DNA of 59,484 nt from Methylococcaceae bacterium (GTDB taxonomy: Bacteria > Patescibacteriota > Microgenomatia > UBA1400 > PJMF01), in contig JBILVZ010000004.1 of assembly GCA_044370175.1 (NCBI GenBank), positions 1 to 59,484 of the forward strand, in the 5' to 3' direction. The position numbers and the translations under genes are program-made. Positions 48,136 to 57,046 of this stretch are shown here, in pieces. The notes beneath the pieces are model-generated. The model was not told where the DNA came from, did not search any database, and saw only the letters and a program-made list of their open reading frames with translations. The number at the start of each line of letters is the position of its first letter. The first letter of the stretch is position 1.

Positions 48136-49047
48136 TTAAATTGCCACCGGTATTTGTTTGATGCCAGGATGTGGGTTGTAGTCAGATAGTTCAAAATCTG
48201 TATGACGGAATGCAAATAAATCGGTGTTGTCAGTGTTGAGCTGCATGGTTGGAAAAGCTAGTGGCTCACGCGCCAGCATCGTCTCCACAGCCGGCACTTG
48301 ATCGACATAAATGTGAGCATCAGAGATCGTATGGATGTACTCGTATGCTTCCAGTCCTGTGGCCTGAGCAATCATCATTAAAAGTGCGGCATACTGCACC
48401 ATATTAGCAGGTACACCCACCGGCACATCACCAGAGCGTTGCATCATGTGCAGTGTCAATTTATTCTCAATCACCCGCAGGTGAATCCAGCCGTGACATG
48501 GACAGACCACCACTTTTTGCGTGCGGCCTTCTACGCGCGCTGTGTACTGTGGAATCCAAGGTGAGATGAAGTGTGTACGTAGTTGTGGTTCTTGCAAAAT
48601 CTGCTGAACTATCGTAGCAAATTGATTAAAGCTTTCCCCTTCGCTAGTTGGAAAATCATGGAAGGCTGCTCCATACGAACCTGGTCCGAGATCTCCCGTT
48701 TCGAGCCCACGTTTTTTGCACTTTGCTTCTGTGCCCCAAGGCTCCCACCAGTGACAGCCAAACTCAGCAAGTTGGTCAAGTGTGCGCGCTCCATTGATGA
48801 ATCCGATAATTTCTGCAATGGCTTGTCGCCAAATAGTGACCGGCAGCCTGTCATTTTCTTTGGGTGCTAAGTTGCGCTCAGTAAGCAGTGGAAAACCATT
48901 GGCCATCTTGAAGTGCATCGAGCCTGGTGCCATGTAGGTAAGTGCATCAACACCTTGCTGGGATGGCACACGCACACCTTCATTTAAAATTTTCCTCAAG
49001 ATGTCTCGATACTGTGTGTCTGGAGTACGCTGGTCGTATGGTTTCAT
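48136..49047 (-). CDS. thyA: Thymidylate synthase (divergent)
   Basis: NGFPLLTER, DLGPGSYG, CPCH, QRSGDVPVGVPAN, DAHIY. Confidence 0.92.
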   Translation of the reverse strand: MKPYDQRTPDTQYRDILRKILNEGVRVPSQQGVDALTYMAPGSMHFKMANGFPLLTERNLAPKENDRLPVTIWRQAIAEIIGFINGARTLDQLAEFGCHWWEPWGTEAKCKKRGLETGDLGPGSYGAAFHDFPTSEGESFNQFATIVQQILQEPQLRTHFISPWIPQYTARVEGRTQKVVVCPCHGWIHLRVIENKLTLHMMQRSGDVPVGVPANMVQYAALLMMIAQATGLEAYEYIHTISDAHIYVDQVPAVETMLAREPLAFPTMQLNTDNTDLFAFRHTDFELSDYNPHPGIKQIPVAI

Positions 49048-49083
49048 GTCCCAAGTTATAGCAAGCTGCTGCCTGAAAATCAA

Positions 49084-49386
49084 TTATGTATCTCTACTCA
49101 AATGCTCAAGGACAGGTATCCCTATGGATTTTGAACTCAAGAAAAATATGGCCAGTACAGCTATCGCAGTAGTATCCCAACCAGCCGATTCTGCTCGCTG
49201 TATTGTTTGACAAAATAGCACCCAAGATAGTGTATCCACACTGATTCGGATTGCCATATCTTGATTGGTGAGTTGCGTGGGGCGAAATAGTCCAATAGTG
49301 GCTGGGAGCACTACAACACGAACAAAAAATTCTGCTGCTTTGGATGCATAGATAAACGATTTTTCTAGTCGTTCATGCTGATTCAT
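49084..49386 (-). CDS. Small membrane protein
   Basis: 100 aa with hydrophobic segments; TACAAT upstream. Confidence 0.5.
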   Translation of the reverse strand: MNQHERLEKSFIYASKAAEFFVRVVVLPATIGLFRPTQLTNQDMAIRISVDTLSWVLFCQTIQRAESAGWDTTAIAVLAIFFLSSKSIGIPVLEHLSRDT

Positions 49387-49524
49387 CGTATGTAGCTATT
49401 GTAAAGCATTTGAACGCCTAATCCAGCGATATTGAGAGTTAGAAGTTTGACCTTTTAGCCTGGTAAACTTGATTTGTATGAAAAAGTATGATAAATTAAG
49501 CTCCTAGTTGAGAAAGGAGACGCT

Positions 49525-49746
49525 ATGTCTACTTATCAAGAAAATTTATATCTTAGCGTGCATACTGAAGTGAATGCTTGGCACAGAAGGCACATACAGG
49601 AAATGCATGCAGCTGCACCTGTGTTACCAATCGCATTTATTCATGGACAAGCATTAGAAGCTGCTGAAAAAGAAGGCTTACTTGCTGAAAGTATCGGCTC
49701 ATGCGTTAATCACACACCTGAGCCAGGACAAATCGATAGTATTTAA
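49525..49746 (+). CDS. Small hypothetical protein
   Basis: 73 aa; strong AAAGGAG SD. Confidence 0.55.
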   Translation: MSTYQENLYLSVHTEVNAWHRRHIQEMHAAAPVLPIAFIHGQALEAAEKEGLLAESIGSCVNHTPEPGQIDSI

Positions 49747-49759
49747 TTACAAAAAATAA

Positions 49760-50650
49760 TTAATACGTTTCAGTGGTATATGGAACTTCATGCTTGAACT
49801 GCTGTGACTGGACACGCTTGAGCACTGCTGTAATGGTATCTCGAGATACTTCTGGCAGTTGTTGCGCAATGGCAGTGGTGACTGCTGCGAGTCGACTACC
49901 TTCAATTAGTTGGAGGTATAACAAGCCACTCTGCTTTTCAATCAATTGTTCAAAAACTTGGTCGGCTACTTCGTAGGAAAAGCCCAGTTCGTTTTCATCT
50001 GTCTGATCTTCCCATAGGCCTGCAGATGGAGATTTTTCTAGAAAAACTGCGGGTAACTCCAGATACATTGCCAACTCGCGGACGTGTGATTTATACAATC
50101 CTTGGATGGGCTCCATATCACTTGCTTCATCCCCAAACCGAGTGAAGTAACCCAGGTATTTTTCTGACTTATTTTCAGTACCACAGACAAGGGCGTCGAG
50201 CTTTTTTGCCGCGTCATATACCACGATCATCCGTGCACGGGCCATGATGTTTCCCAGACGGTACGCACTCATCTCCTCGCCTTCTTTGCTTTTCGCGGCG
50301 GCGAGTTTTTTGTCAGCAGCTTGAGTTACTTCAAGCGTATTTTGCACTGCTGTCAGCACACCATCCACAATTGGCTTTATGTTGCTGATCTGGATATTTT
50401 TTTTGGGCAGCTTATTCCACGCCACAATTGTCTGAGCATCTTGCATCTCTTGATCACCATAGGGCAGAAGCAGGGCGTGCACACGCTCTCGCCCAAGCGC
50501 TTGTACAAGCAAACTGAGAGATACGGCAGAATCAATACCGCCAGAAACTGCGATTATTCCATTCTTTTTATCATGTTGTTGATAGGTTTTTTTCAAGAAA
50601 TTCACTATATTTCTACGTACTTGCTCATACTTTGCAGTTTGATTTGACAT
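49760..50650 (-). CDS. nadE: NH3-dependent NAD+ synthetase
   Basis: AVSGGIDSAV, GNIMARARM, GTENKSE..GYFTRFGD, PSAGLWEDQTDE. Confidence 0.95.
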   Translation of the reverse strand: MSNQTAKYEQVRRNIVNFLKKTYQQHDKKNGIIAVSGGIDSAVSLSLLVQALGRERVHALLLPYGDQEMQDAQTIVAWNKLPKKNIQISNIKPIVDGVLTAVQNTLEVTQAADKKLAAAKSKEGEEMSAYRLGNIMARARMIVVYDAAKKLDALVCGTENKSEKYLGYFTRFGDEASDMEPIQGLYKSHVRELAMYLELPAVFLEKSPSAGLWEDQTDENELGFSYEVADQVFEQLIEKQSGLLYLQLIEGSRLAAVTTAIAQQLPEVSRDTITAVLKRVQSQQFKHEVPYTTETY

Positions 50651-50684
50651 AGGTACTTTCACAGCTTGAAGCTATACGTCACTT

Positions 50685-51245
50685 CTAGGGTAGATATAAT
50701 CGCTGCTTTGCAATATACGCAGCTATACTTGGTTTGACAAGATTGGCAAGAGACTCCCCTGCGCGCGCACTCGTGCGAACTTGGGTAGATGAAATGGCAA
50801 TTGGAGAAACACCAGCGATACCTTCCATATTTGGGTAGAGTGGTACAAGTGGAAAATCAGCTCGCGGATAGACAAAAAAATGAAACTGCCTAAGCATCTG
50901 TTGATACTGCTGCCAGCGGTGAAACTGAGCCAAGTTATCCGAACCAATCACAAAAGAAAACTCATGATCAGGATACTTTTTTGACAAAGCCTGCAGTGTT
51001 TCATAGGTGATACTCATGCCCCGCTGTTCAACCTCATACAGCTCAATTCGCTGCTGCTCTTCCAAGATACACTCCAGCATTGCTACGCGCTGAGTCGCTG
51101 GGGAGCACTTCTTTTCAAACGCATGTTCCCCAACGGGCAAAAACCAGACTTCGTCTGCCTTTTTTTGTGTGAGCAGCGTACGCGCAATCAAAGAGTGACC
51201 AAGGTGTGGTGGATCAAATGTTCCCCCAAAAAGTGTAATATGCAT
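50685..51245 (-). CDS. nadD: Nicotinate-nucleotide adenylyltransferase
   Basis: FGGTFDPPHLGH, IGSDNL..W, ISSTQVR. Confidence 0.94.
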   Translation of the reverse strand: MHITLFGGTFDPPHLGHSLIARTLLTQKKADEVWFLPVGEHAFEKKCSPATQRVAMLECILEEQQRIELYEVEQRGMSITYETLQALSKKYPDHEFSFVIGSDNLAQFHRWQQYQQMLRQFHFFVYPRADFPLVPLYPNMEGIAGVSPIAISSTQVRTSARAGESLANLVKPSIAAYIAKQRLYLP

Positions 51246-51306
51246 CAGTAAGTCAGGATAGTGTATCCTAGTCTACTGGAAACTGCTAGCGACATGTGGC
51301 GGCTCG

Positions 51307-51738
51307 TTAATTCTTTCTTTTTTCCTGGTTTTGCAGCTCCGCCAATCGGTCTGCTGACCGAGCAAAGGGAACTGAAGTAGCGATTGCTGCGATGATTGCC
51401 CCTGCTAAATAACTGAGGGATTCTAGCGGAAATTCTTTTGCCGTTGCGACATCTTTCACTCCCACAGCAATAGCAACAGCAAGTGCTAGGGTAACTGAGA
51501 CATTACGCGCATGCTCAAACCGCATGTGTGCAAGCAGATATTCATCAGTCAACAACAGCGAAGGCACCCGGTACTGCACTTTCGGACTTTCACGCAGCAG
51601 ATGTGCTGGGACAGTTCGACCTCTCTTTTGTAGGTATTGTGCGAACCGCAAACGAGATGATTCAGCCCTGCACCACCACCGGTGGTACGTATCTTGTTCG
51701 CTCGTGAGCGGAGGCCGCTGTTCGTATAGTTGTATCAT
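51307..51738 (-). CDS. Hypothetical membrane protein (two TM helices)
   Basis: Two hydrophobic helices near the C-terminus. Confidence 0.55.
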   Translation of the reverse strand: MIQLYEQRPPLTSEQDTYHRWWCRAESSRLRFAQYLQKRGRTVPAHLLRESPKVQYRVPSLLLTDEYLLAHMRFEHARNVSVTLALAVAIAVGVKDVATAKEFPLESLSYLAGAIIAAIATSVPFARSADRLAELQNQEKRKN

Positions 51739-51835
51739 TGCTTTTTCTGTGCGCTAAAAGATCACAATTATACACCATCAAATGAGTGTTTTACCTGCTG
51801 TAGCTTTATTTTTTATGAAATGAGCTTTGACGTAC

Positions 51836-54115
51836 TTACGTTTTACTCTTGGCCGTCCTGGATTTTCTGGGTTTTGCTGCTCCAGTGGCTTTTGTACTTT
51901 TACTTTTGCTGGCTTTGGCTGTTGCTCGTTTTACTTTGCTTGGATTTTTGCCTGCTTTCGCAAACTTTTCTTTTTCTGCATCCATCACTTGTTTGCGCTT
52001 TTCTGCCTTTGCTTTTCTGATTTCTTGCTGGGCAGCCCACTCGGCTGGGGTGACTCGCATCCCTGGCTCTGGCTTCTTCCAACTAGCCCAGTTGCACTCA
52101 GGATACCGCGCACAGCCAAAAAACTCTTTACCCCAACGGGATTTGCGCGCAATCACATCACCCTGTTGGCAAAGCGGACACAACACCCCCTCCACTTTAT
52201 CCACAATATTTTCTGTGAAGTCACATTCGGGAAAACGGCTACAACTCTTGAACTTACCAAACTTACCGCTGCGAATCACAATTTCTCCACCAGCATCTGC
52301 TACATCGCCACATTTTGGACACTTGAGCCCAGTTTTTTCCACCGGCACTTGGACGCGTTGTGCGTCGGTAGCTTCTTCCACCTTTTTATGGAATGGCTTG
52401 TAAAACTCACTGACCACCTTCACCCAATCCTTTTCACCTCTTGAGATACGGTCGAGGTCTTCTTCCATCTCTGCAGTAAATTGATACTCCATAAAAACTG
52501 AAAAATGAGCCATCAAAAAGTCACTGACCGTCATGCCCACTGGGGTAGCCACAAAGCGTTTGGCATCGCGCATCACGTAGCCACGATCTTCAATCACCGA
52601 GATGATACTGGCGTAGGTACTCGGGCGCCCAATCCCTTGTTGCTCGAGTGCTTTGACCAGTGATGCATCGTTGTAGCGAGGTGGTGGCTGGGTAAATTTT
52701 TGAGCGGCATTGTGTTGCCCATAAAAAACTTGTTGTTTTTCCTCAACACTGGGCAGAATTACATCCGAGCGATCGGGGAAAAGTCGCATCCACCCATCAA
52801 ACTTAAGTACAGAGCCAGTGACGCGTAGTGCAGCGTGTTTGCCTGCCAGCTGTTTTGCTGTCTCAGATGTGGCAGTACTTGCGAAGTTGGCAGCTACCAC
52901 AATCGTCGTTTGATCATAGACAGCTGACGGCAGTTGGCTGGCTAAAAACCTGCGCCAGATGAGGTCATACAACTTGGCATGCCGCTCAGATAGCTTGCCG
53001 CCCATTGCTTCTATCTTGTCGGCAGTCACGTAAACATCTGTCACACGAATTGCTTCGTGAGCTTCTTGGGCATTTTTTGATTTGTTGGCAAAAACGCGTG
53101 CTTGAGCTGGTACATATTGAGAGCCAAACTGTTTTTCAATGTAACTGCGCGCCATGCCAATTGCTTGTGTCGAAAGGTTGACCGCATCGGTACGGTGGTA
53201 AGTAATCAATCCTTCCTCGTAGAGATCTTGTGCCAAGCGCATTGATTGTTTACTGCTCATCCCCAGGCGATTGGCTGCAGCTTGTTGGAGAGTGGATGTC
53301 GTAAAAGGAGGCAAACTACTGCGAGAGCGTTCTTTGCGCTCCACGGCTTGTATTTGATAATCTGCATACGGTAAATTTTCAATAACTGGATTGACGTCAT
53401 CTTTGTTTTTGGGATCATAGGCTTTGCCATTGACTTCAAAAACGCGCGCTACAAAGACGTTGTCGGGCAGGTTCTCCAAAACCTTACCGTCCACAAACGC
53501 TTCGACACTACCTGTAGCAGAAAGTTTGAATGCGACATCTACTTCCCAGTATTCTTCTGGATTAAAGGCTTCGATCTCGCGCTCACGCTCCACAATCATC
53601 CGGAGTGCTACAGACTGGACGCGGCCAGCCGAGAGCCCTCGTTTTACTTTGCGCCACAACACAGGCGAAACCTCATACCCCACCAGGCGGTCTACCACCC
53701 GGCGTGCTTGCTGTGCATTGACTAGATCCATCTTCAACTCAGTTGGGTGATCGATAGCGTGTTGGACTGCTTGCTTGGTAATCTCATGAAAAGTGGCACG
53801 TTTAAACTTATCTTTCTGAATATCTTTTAAAACATGGGTCAAATGCCAGGCGATTGCTTCTCCTTCGCGGTCAGGGTCGGTAGCTAGATAGACAATTTCT
53901 GCACCTGCGGCTTGTTTTTTGAGTATCGAGATAACTTTTTTCTTGTCGTCACTGACTTCATACTTTGGAGCAAAGTTCTTGTCAATTTCCACACCCATTT
54001 CTTTGCGTGGCAAATCACGAATGTGCCCCACCGAGGCCTCTACAACATAGTCATCGCCGAGGTATCCGCGCAGTTTTCGGGCTTTTGTTGGTGATTCGAC
54101 AATAACTAGATTCAT
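51836..54115 (-). CDS. topA: DNA topoisomerase I
   Basis: LVIVESPTK, ATDPDREGE, SAGRVQS, ITYHRTD, two zinc ribbons, Lys-rich tail. Confidence 0.98.
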   Translation of the reverse strand: MNLVIVESPTKARKLRGYLGDDYVVEASVGHIRDLPRKEMGVEIDKNFAPKYEVSDDKKKVISILKKQAAGAEIVYLATDPDREGEAIAWHLTHVLKDIQKDKFKRATFHEITKQAVQHAIDHPTELKMDLVNAQQARRVVDRLVGYEVSPVLWRKVKRGLSAGRVQSVALRMIVEREREIEAFNPEEYWEVDVAFKLSATGSVEAFVDGKVLENLPDNVFVARVFEVNGKAYDPKNKDDVNPVIENLPYADYQIQAVERKERSRSSLPPFTTSTLQQAAANRLGMSSKQSMRLAQDLYEEGLITYHRTDAVNLSTQAIGMARSYIEKQFGSQYVPAQARVFANKSKNAQEAHEAIRVTDVYVTADKIEAMGGKLSERHAKLYDLIWRRFLASQLPSAVYDQTTIVVAANFASTATSETAKQLAGKHAALRVTGSVLKFDGWMRLFPDRSDVILPSVEEKQQVFYGQHNAAQKFTQPPPRYNDASLVKALEQQGIGRPSTYASIISVIEDRGYVMRDAKRFVATPVGMTVSDFLMAHFSVFMEYQFTAEMEEDLDRISRGEKDWVKVVSEFYKPFHKKVEEATDAQRVQVPVEKTGLKCPKCGDVADAGGEIVIRSGKFGKFKSCSRFPECDFTENIVDKVEGVLCPLCQQGDVIARKSRWGKEFFGCARYPECNWASWKKPEPGMRVTPAEWAAQQEIRKAKAEKRKQVMDAEKEKFAKAGKNPSKVKRATAKASKSKSTKATGAAKPRKSRTAKSKT

Positions 54116-54189
54116 GGAAGTAGACTATATCCTAGGTGGGGTTTTTTGGCAAATAGAGTATTTTAGCATCTATGGTACTCTTAAAGAGT

Positions 54190-55542
54190 ATGTCAAAAGA
54201 ACAGCTGCAATCTAGATCTCGCAGACATTTTTTGAAAATACTTGGCTTGGGTGGCATTCTCACTGGTACCAGCGTAGCTGAGCATGCCCTACTCCCTCAT
54301 AATGCAAAAAATAGGTTGCTGAGGCTCTATCAAGTTGCTGAAAAGCTATCTAGTCAATTGTTCAGTACCAATGAACAGCTTTTTACAAATCTTCAAGAAA
54401 AGCGTGAGTTGTATGCAACCTATCAACAGCTTATGGATATACCGCAAGCAACCTGGCTGGAAGGAAAGGTTGCTGAGGGACTGGAAAAAGCAAGCGTCTA
54501 TTACTTTGAACAGCCATTAGCTGTAGTACTACCTCAGTGCTTAGAGTTGATGCAAGTAGTACAAGTTGATCCTCGATTTGCATTGCCCGTCATGGCACAT
54601 TGGGGGGACTATAAGATCGCTTCACCTCGTAAAGTGATCCAAGAAGATGTTGTAGCAGCTACGCAAAGTGCTGCCTATGCTGCAACCGAAACGATAGAAC
54701 GTACAGGAGTACCTCTGAGAGATTTTATAGCAAGAAGGCTGCGTAGTATGGTGAAAGTCGTCTTGGCAGGACATGGTGACGCTGACTTCCTCGTACAGAA
54801 AGCCACCATTTCCACCAGAACTGTAGGTTTTTATGATAAAGAAAGTATTCTCTATGCTCAGGCAGCACAAGACTTGGTTTCTGCAAAAATTATAGAACCG
54901 CAAACTTTAGACATGATTACGTGGTCAGGTTTTTTTCAACAAGCACAAGAACTGCTTGCAGCGCAACTTGCTATGTATGCTGAACGAGTCACAACCAACC
55001 AACCAAACGGTACAGCACATCAACATTTTGCTACACTTTCAAGACAGATCGAGTATCAAATGACTAAAGATAAAAAAAATGTGCAACTGGGTTTGGCAAC
55101 AACACTTGTAATTATCAAACAGGGTGAACTTGTCATAAAAGAATTACTGCAAGAAAAGGTAGATTTTACCGACCTCACGGACGGACAGTACTTGCTGGTA
55201 GTCTTTTTATCGCTCAATGGAGCAGATTATATTTTTGGCGCAAAGACTAGATACAATGATCCCAAGCAACAATTTATCAACCTTCCCTACACGCTCACCT
55301 ATGATCCAATGATTGATGTACGTCTTGATATTCCCGAAGCATATGCCGATGTCGAACGAGCACTGACTACGCTAGGCTACAACTGGAAGACCATTACTGT
55401 TGATCAAGTTATTGAAGTTTTAGAACTAGTGCGTTCTGGCAAACATCCTAATCTAAGTCCCCACAAATTTAGATTCTTCTATCCATATATTGATATGATT
55501 AAGCAACTTGCAACGAAAAAATATGTTTTTACTCAAAAGTAA
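54190..55542 (+). CDS. Hypothetical protein with twin-arginine-like signal
   Basis: SRRHFLKILGLGGIL; alternative start 54172. Confidence 0.65.
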   Translation: MSKEQLQSRSRRHFLKILGLGGILTGTSVAEHALLPHNAKNRLLRLYQVAEKLSSQLFSTNEQLFTNLQEKRELYATYQQLMDIPQATWLEGKVAEGLEKASVYYFEQPLAVVLPQCLELMQVVQVDPRFALPVMAHWGDYKIASPRKVIQEDVVAATQSAAYAATETIERTGVPLRDFIARRLRSMVKVVLAGHGDADFLVQKATISTRTVGFYDKESILYAQAAQDLVSAKIIEPQTLDMITWSGFFQQAQELLAAQLAMYAERVTTNQPNGTAHQHFATLSRQIEYQMTKDKKNVQLGLATTLVIIKQGELVIKELLQEKVDFTDLTDGQYLLVVFLSLNGADYIFGAKTRYNDPKQQFINLPYTLTYDPMIDVRLDIPEAYADVERALTTLGYNWKTITVDQVIEVLELVRSGKHPNLSPHKFRFFYPYIDMIKQLATKKYVFTQK

Positions 55543-55551
55543 TAGAACTTA

Positions 55552-56514
55552 TCAAGAGATATCAACACTTGATGCAGTTACTTCTTCTCCCGAGTCTATC
55601 AGCGTCGCCCCTTGGTTAATTAACGCTTTCACTCCCCGGCTGTAGGGGCTAAAGATCGAGCCAGGCACCGCATAGACTGACCGCCCAAAGTCTGCAGCAT
55701 ATCCAGCGGTAATGTGTGTCCCACTTTTCTCTGCTGCTTCAGTCACGACAACTGCTTTGCTCATCCCAGCCACTATGGCGTTGCGCGCAGGAAAGTTGCC
55801 TTTGGTGGGTGCTACATCTGGCGCAAACGGCGTAATAAACGTCATCCCTCGCTCTAAAAACTCAAGAAAGGTGCTGGTATAGCTCTTGGGATACACGTAG
55901 GTAAACCCATACCCCAGCACCCCGATTGTTTGCCCCTCCCAGTCAAGCGCACTACGATGTGCACAAATATCAACCCCATACATAAACCCTGAAACAATCT
56001 GTGCACCATTCAGCACCAGCTCACTCGTAATTTTTTCTGTTACTCGCTTCCCATACTCTGTCATGTGCCGTGTCCCAACAACCGCCACCGGTGGTCCGGT
56101 ATTCCAATCCATACTGCTTCCCTTGGCAAATAAAATGAGTGGTGGATTTTCAATTTCTCGCAAGAGTGGTGGATATTCAGATTCATCAAAATGCACCACC
56201 CGAATCTGGTGCCTTTGGAGCCAATCTGAATACTCATCAATAGTTTGTTCTTTTTTGCGTCTTTCAATTGTTGCAATCTGTATATCTGATATACCCCATT
56301 TCCTCCACCAAGAGCTGCCCAGTACCCAAAACTGCTTCCATGTTTCTTCGGGTGTGGTTTGTCGTGAGCTTGAGAGGTTGCTGGTAGCTGGGAGTAGTGC
56401 TGATTGAGATACTGAGGCTGCCCTGAGTGCAGCCTGTATCTTCCAAAGCGTTTGCTGCCCGATCCCTGCCACACTACTTAAAAATGCTAGTGATTTGCTT
56501 TCTTCCATACTCAT
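55552..56514 (-). CDS. dprA: DNA-processing protein DprA
   Basis: YPPLLREI..PP, AVVGTR, VSGFMYGVD..AH, FPARNAIVAG, EAAEKSG. Confidence 0.95.
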   Translation of the reverse strand: MSMEESKSLAFLSSVAGIGQQTLWKIQAALRAASVSQSALLPATSNLSSSRQTTPEETWKQFWVLGSSWWRKWGISDIQIATIERRKKEQTIDEYSDWLQRHQIRVVHFDESEYPPLLREIENPPLILFAKGSSMDWNTGPPVAVVGTRHMTEYGKRVTEKITSELVLNGAQIVSGFMYGVDICAHRSALDWEGQTIGVLGYGFTYVYPKSYTSTFLEFLERGMTFITPFAPDVAPTKGNFPARNAIVAGMSKAVVVTEAAEKSGTHITAGYAADFGRSVYAVPGSIFSPYSRGVKALINQGATLIDSGEEVTASSVDIS

Positions 56515-56566
56515 GCGGTAAGATTACAGCAGTATCCTTACAAGAAGTGTAGGAAAAGGAGAATAT

Positions 56567-56773
56567 ATGAATGAAACATCACCAATTGACCCAGGAGATG
56601 AGGCAGTAAAAAAAATCTTTGATGAGAAACTCCCTTCCCCCACTGAGCGTTCCCTTGCTACACCTCCTATTCCTGCAGCTGCAGCGCAACGCATCCTAGA
56701 TAAAATCTTGCCAGAGGTCGAAAAAAATCTACCAGCAACACCTGCAGATACAGGAACTGCCAGCTCTACATAA
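56567..56773 (+). CDS. Small Pro-rich hypothetical protein
   Basis: 68 aa; AAAGGAG SD. Confidence 0.55.
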   Translation: MNETSPIDPGDEAVKKIFDEKLPSPTERSLATPPIPAAAAQRILDKILPEVEKNLPATPADTGTASST

Positions 56774-56782
56774 AAGGAACGT

Positions 56783-57037
56783 ATGATTGAACAACAACCA
56801 ACTGAACCCGCAAAAAAATTTGCATTTACTAAAGAAGATTTAGCACAATTGCCACAAGAGAAACTCAGGGAACTTGGAAAAGTGGTGACAACAGATGAAA
56901 GTCTACGGCAGGCAATTGCTGAGGAACTAAGAACACGAAATCCTAATCCTACATTACCAGAGGAAGCAGTAACACAACTGAAATTTGATGTTGGAAATAT
57001 GGTTAGAAAATTCTTACCTAAAAAGGATGGAGCGTAA
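56783..57037 (+). CDS. Small hypothetical protein
   Basis: 84 aa; AAAGGA SD; tightly spaced with its neighbours. Confidence 0.55.
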   Translation: MIEQQPTEPAKKFAFTKEDLAQLPQEKLRELGKVVTTDESLRQAIAEELRTRNPNPTLPEEAVTQLKFDVGNMVRKFLPKKDGA

Positions 57038-57046
57038 AGATACTCA

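Noticed and set aside
48136-49047. ThyA as a dCMP hydroxymethylase
   Set aside because: It keeps Asn at the specificity position (GVPAN), where dCMP-acting enzymes have Asp, and folA, dut and tmk are nearby.
51827-52444. 205-aa and 184-aa plus-strand Phe/Cys/Leu-rich ORFs
   Set aside because: Antisense to the Lys/Ala-rich topA tail, which explains their composition.
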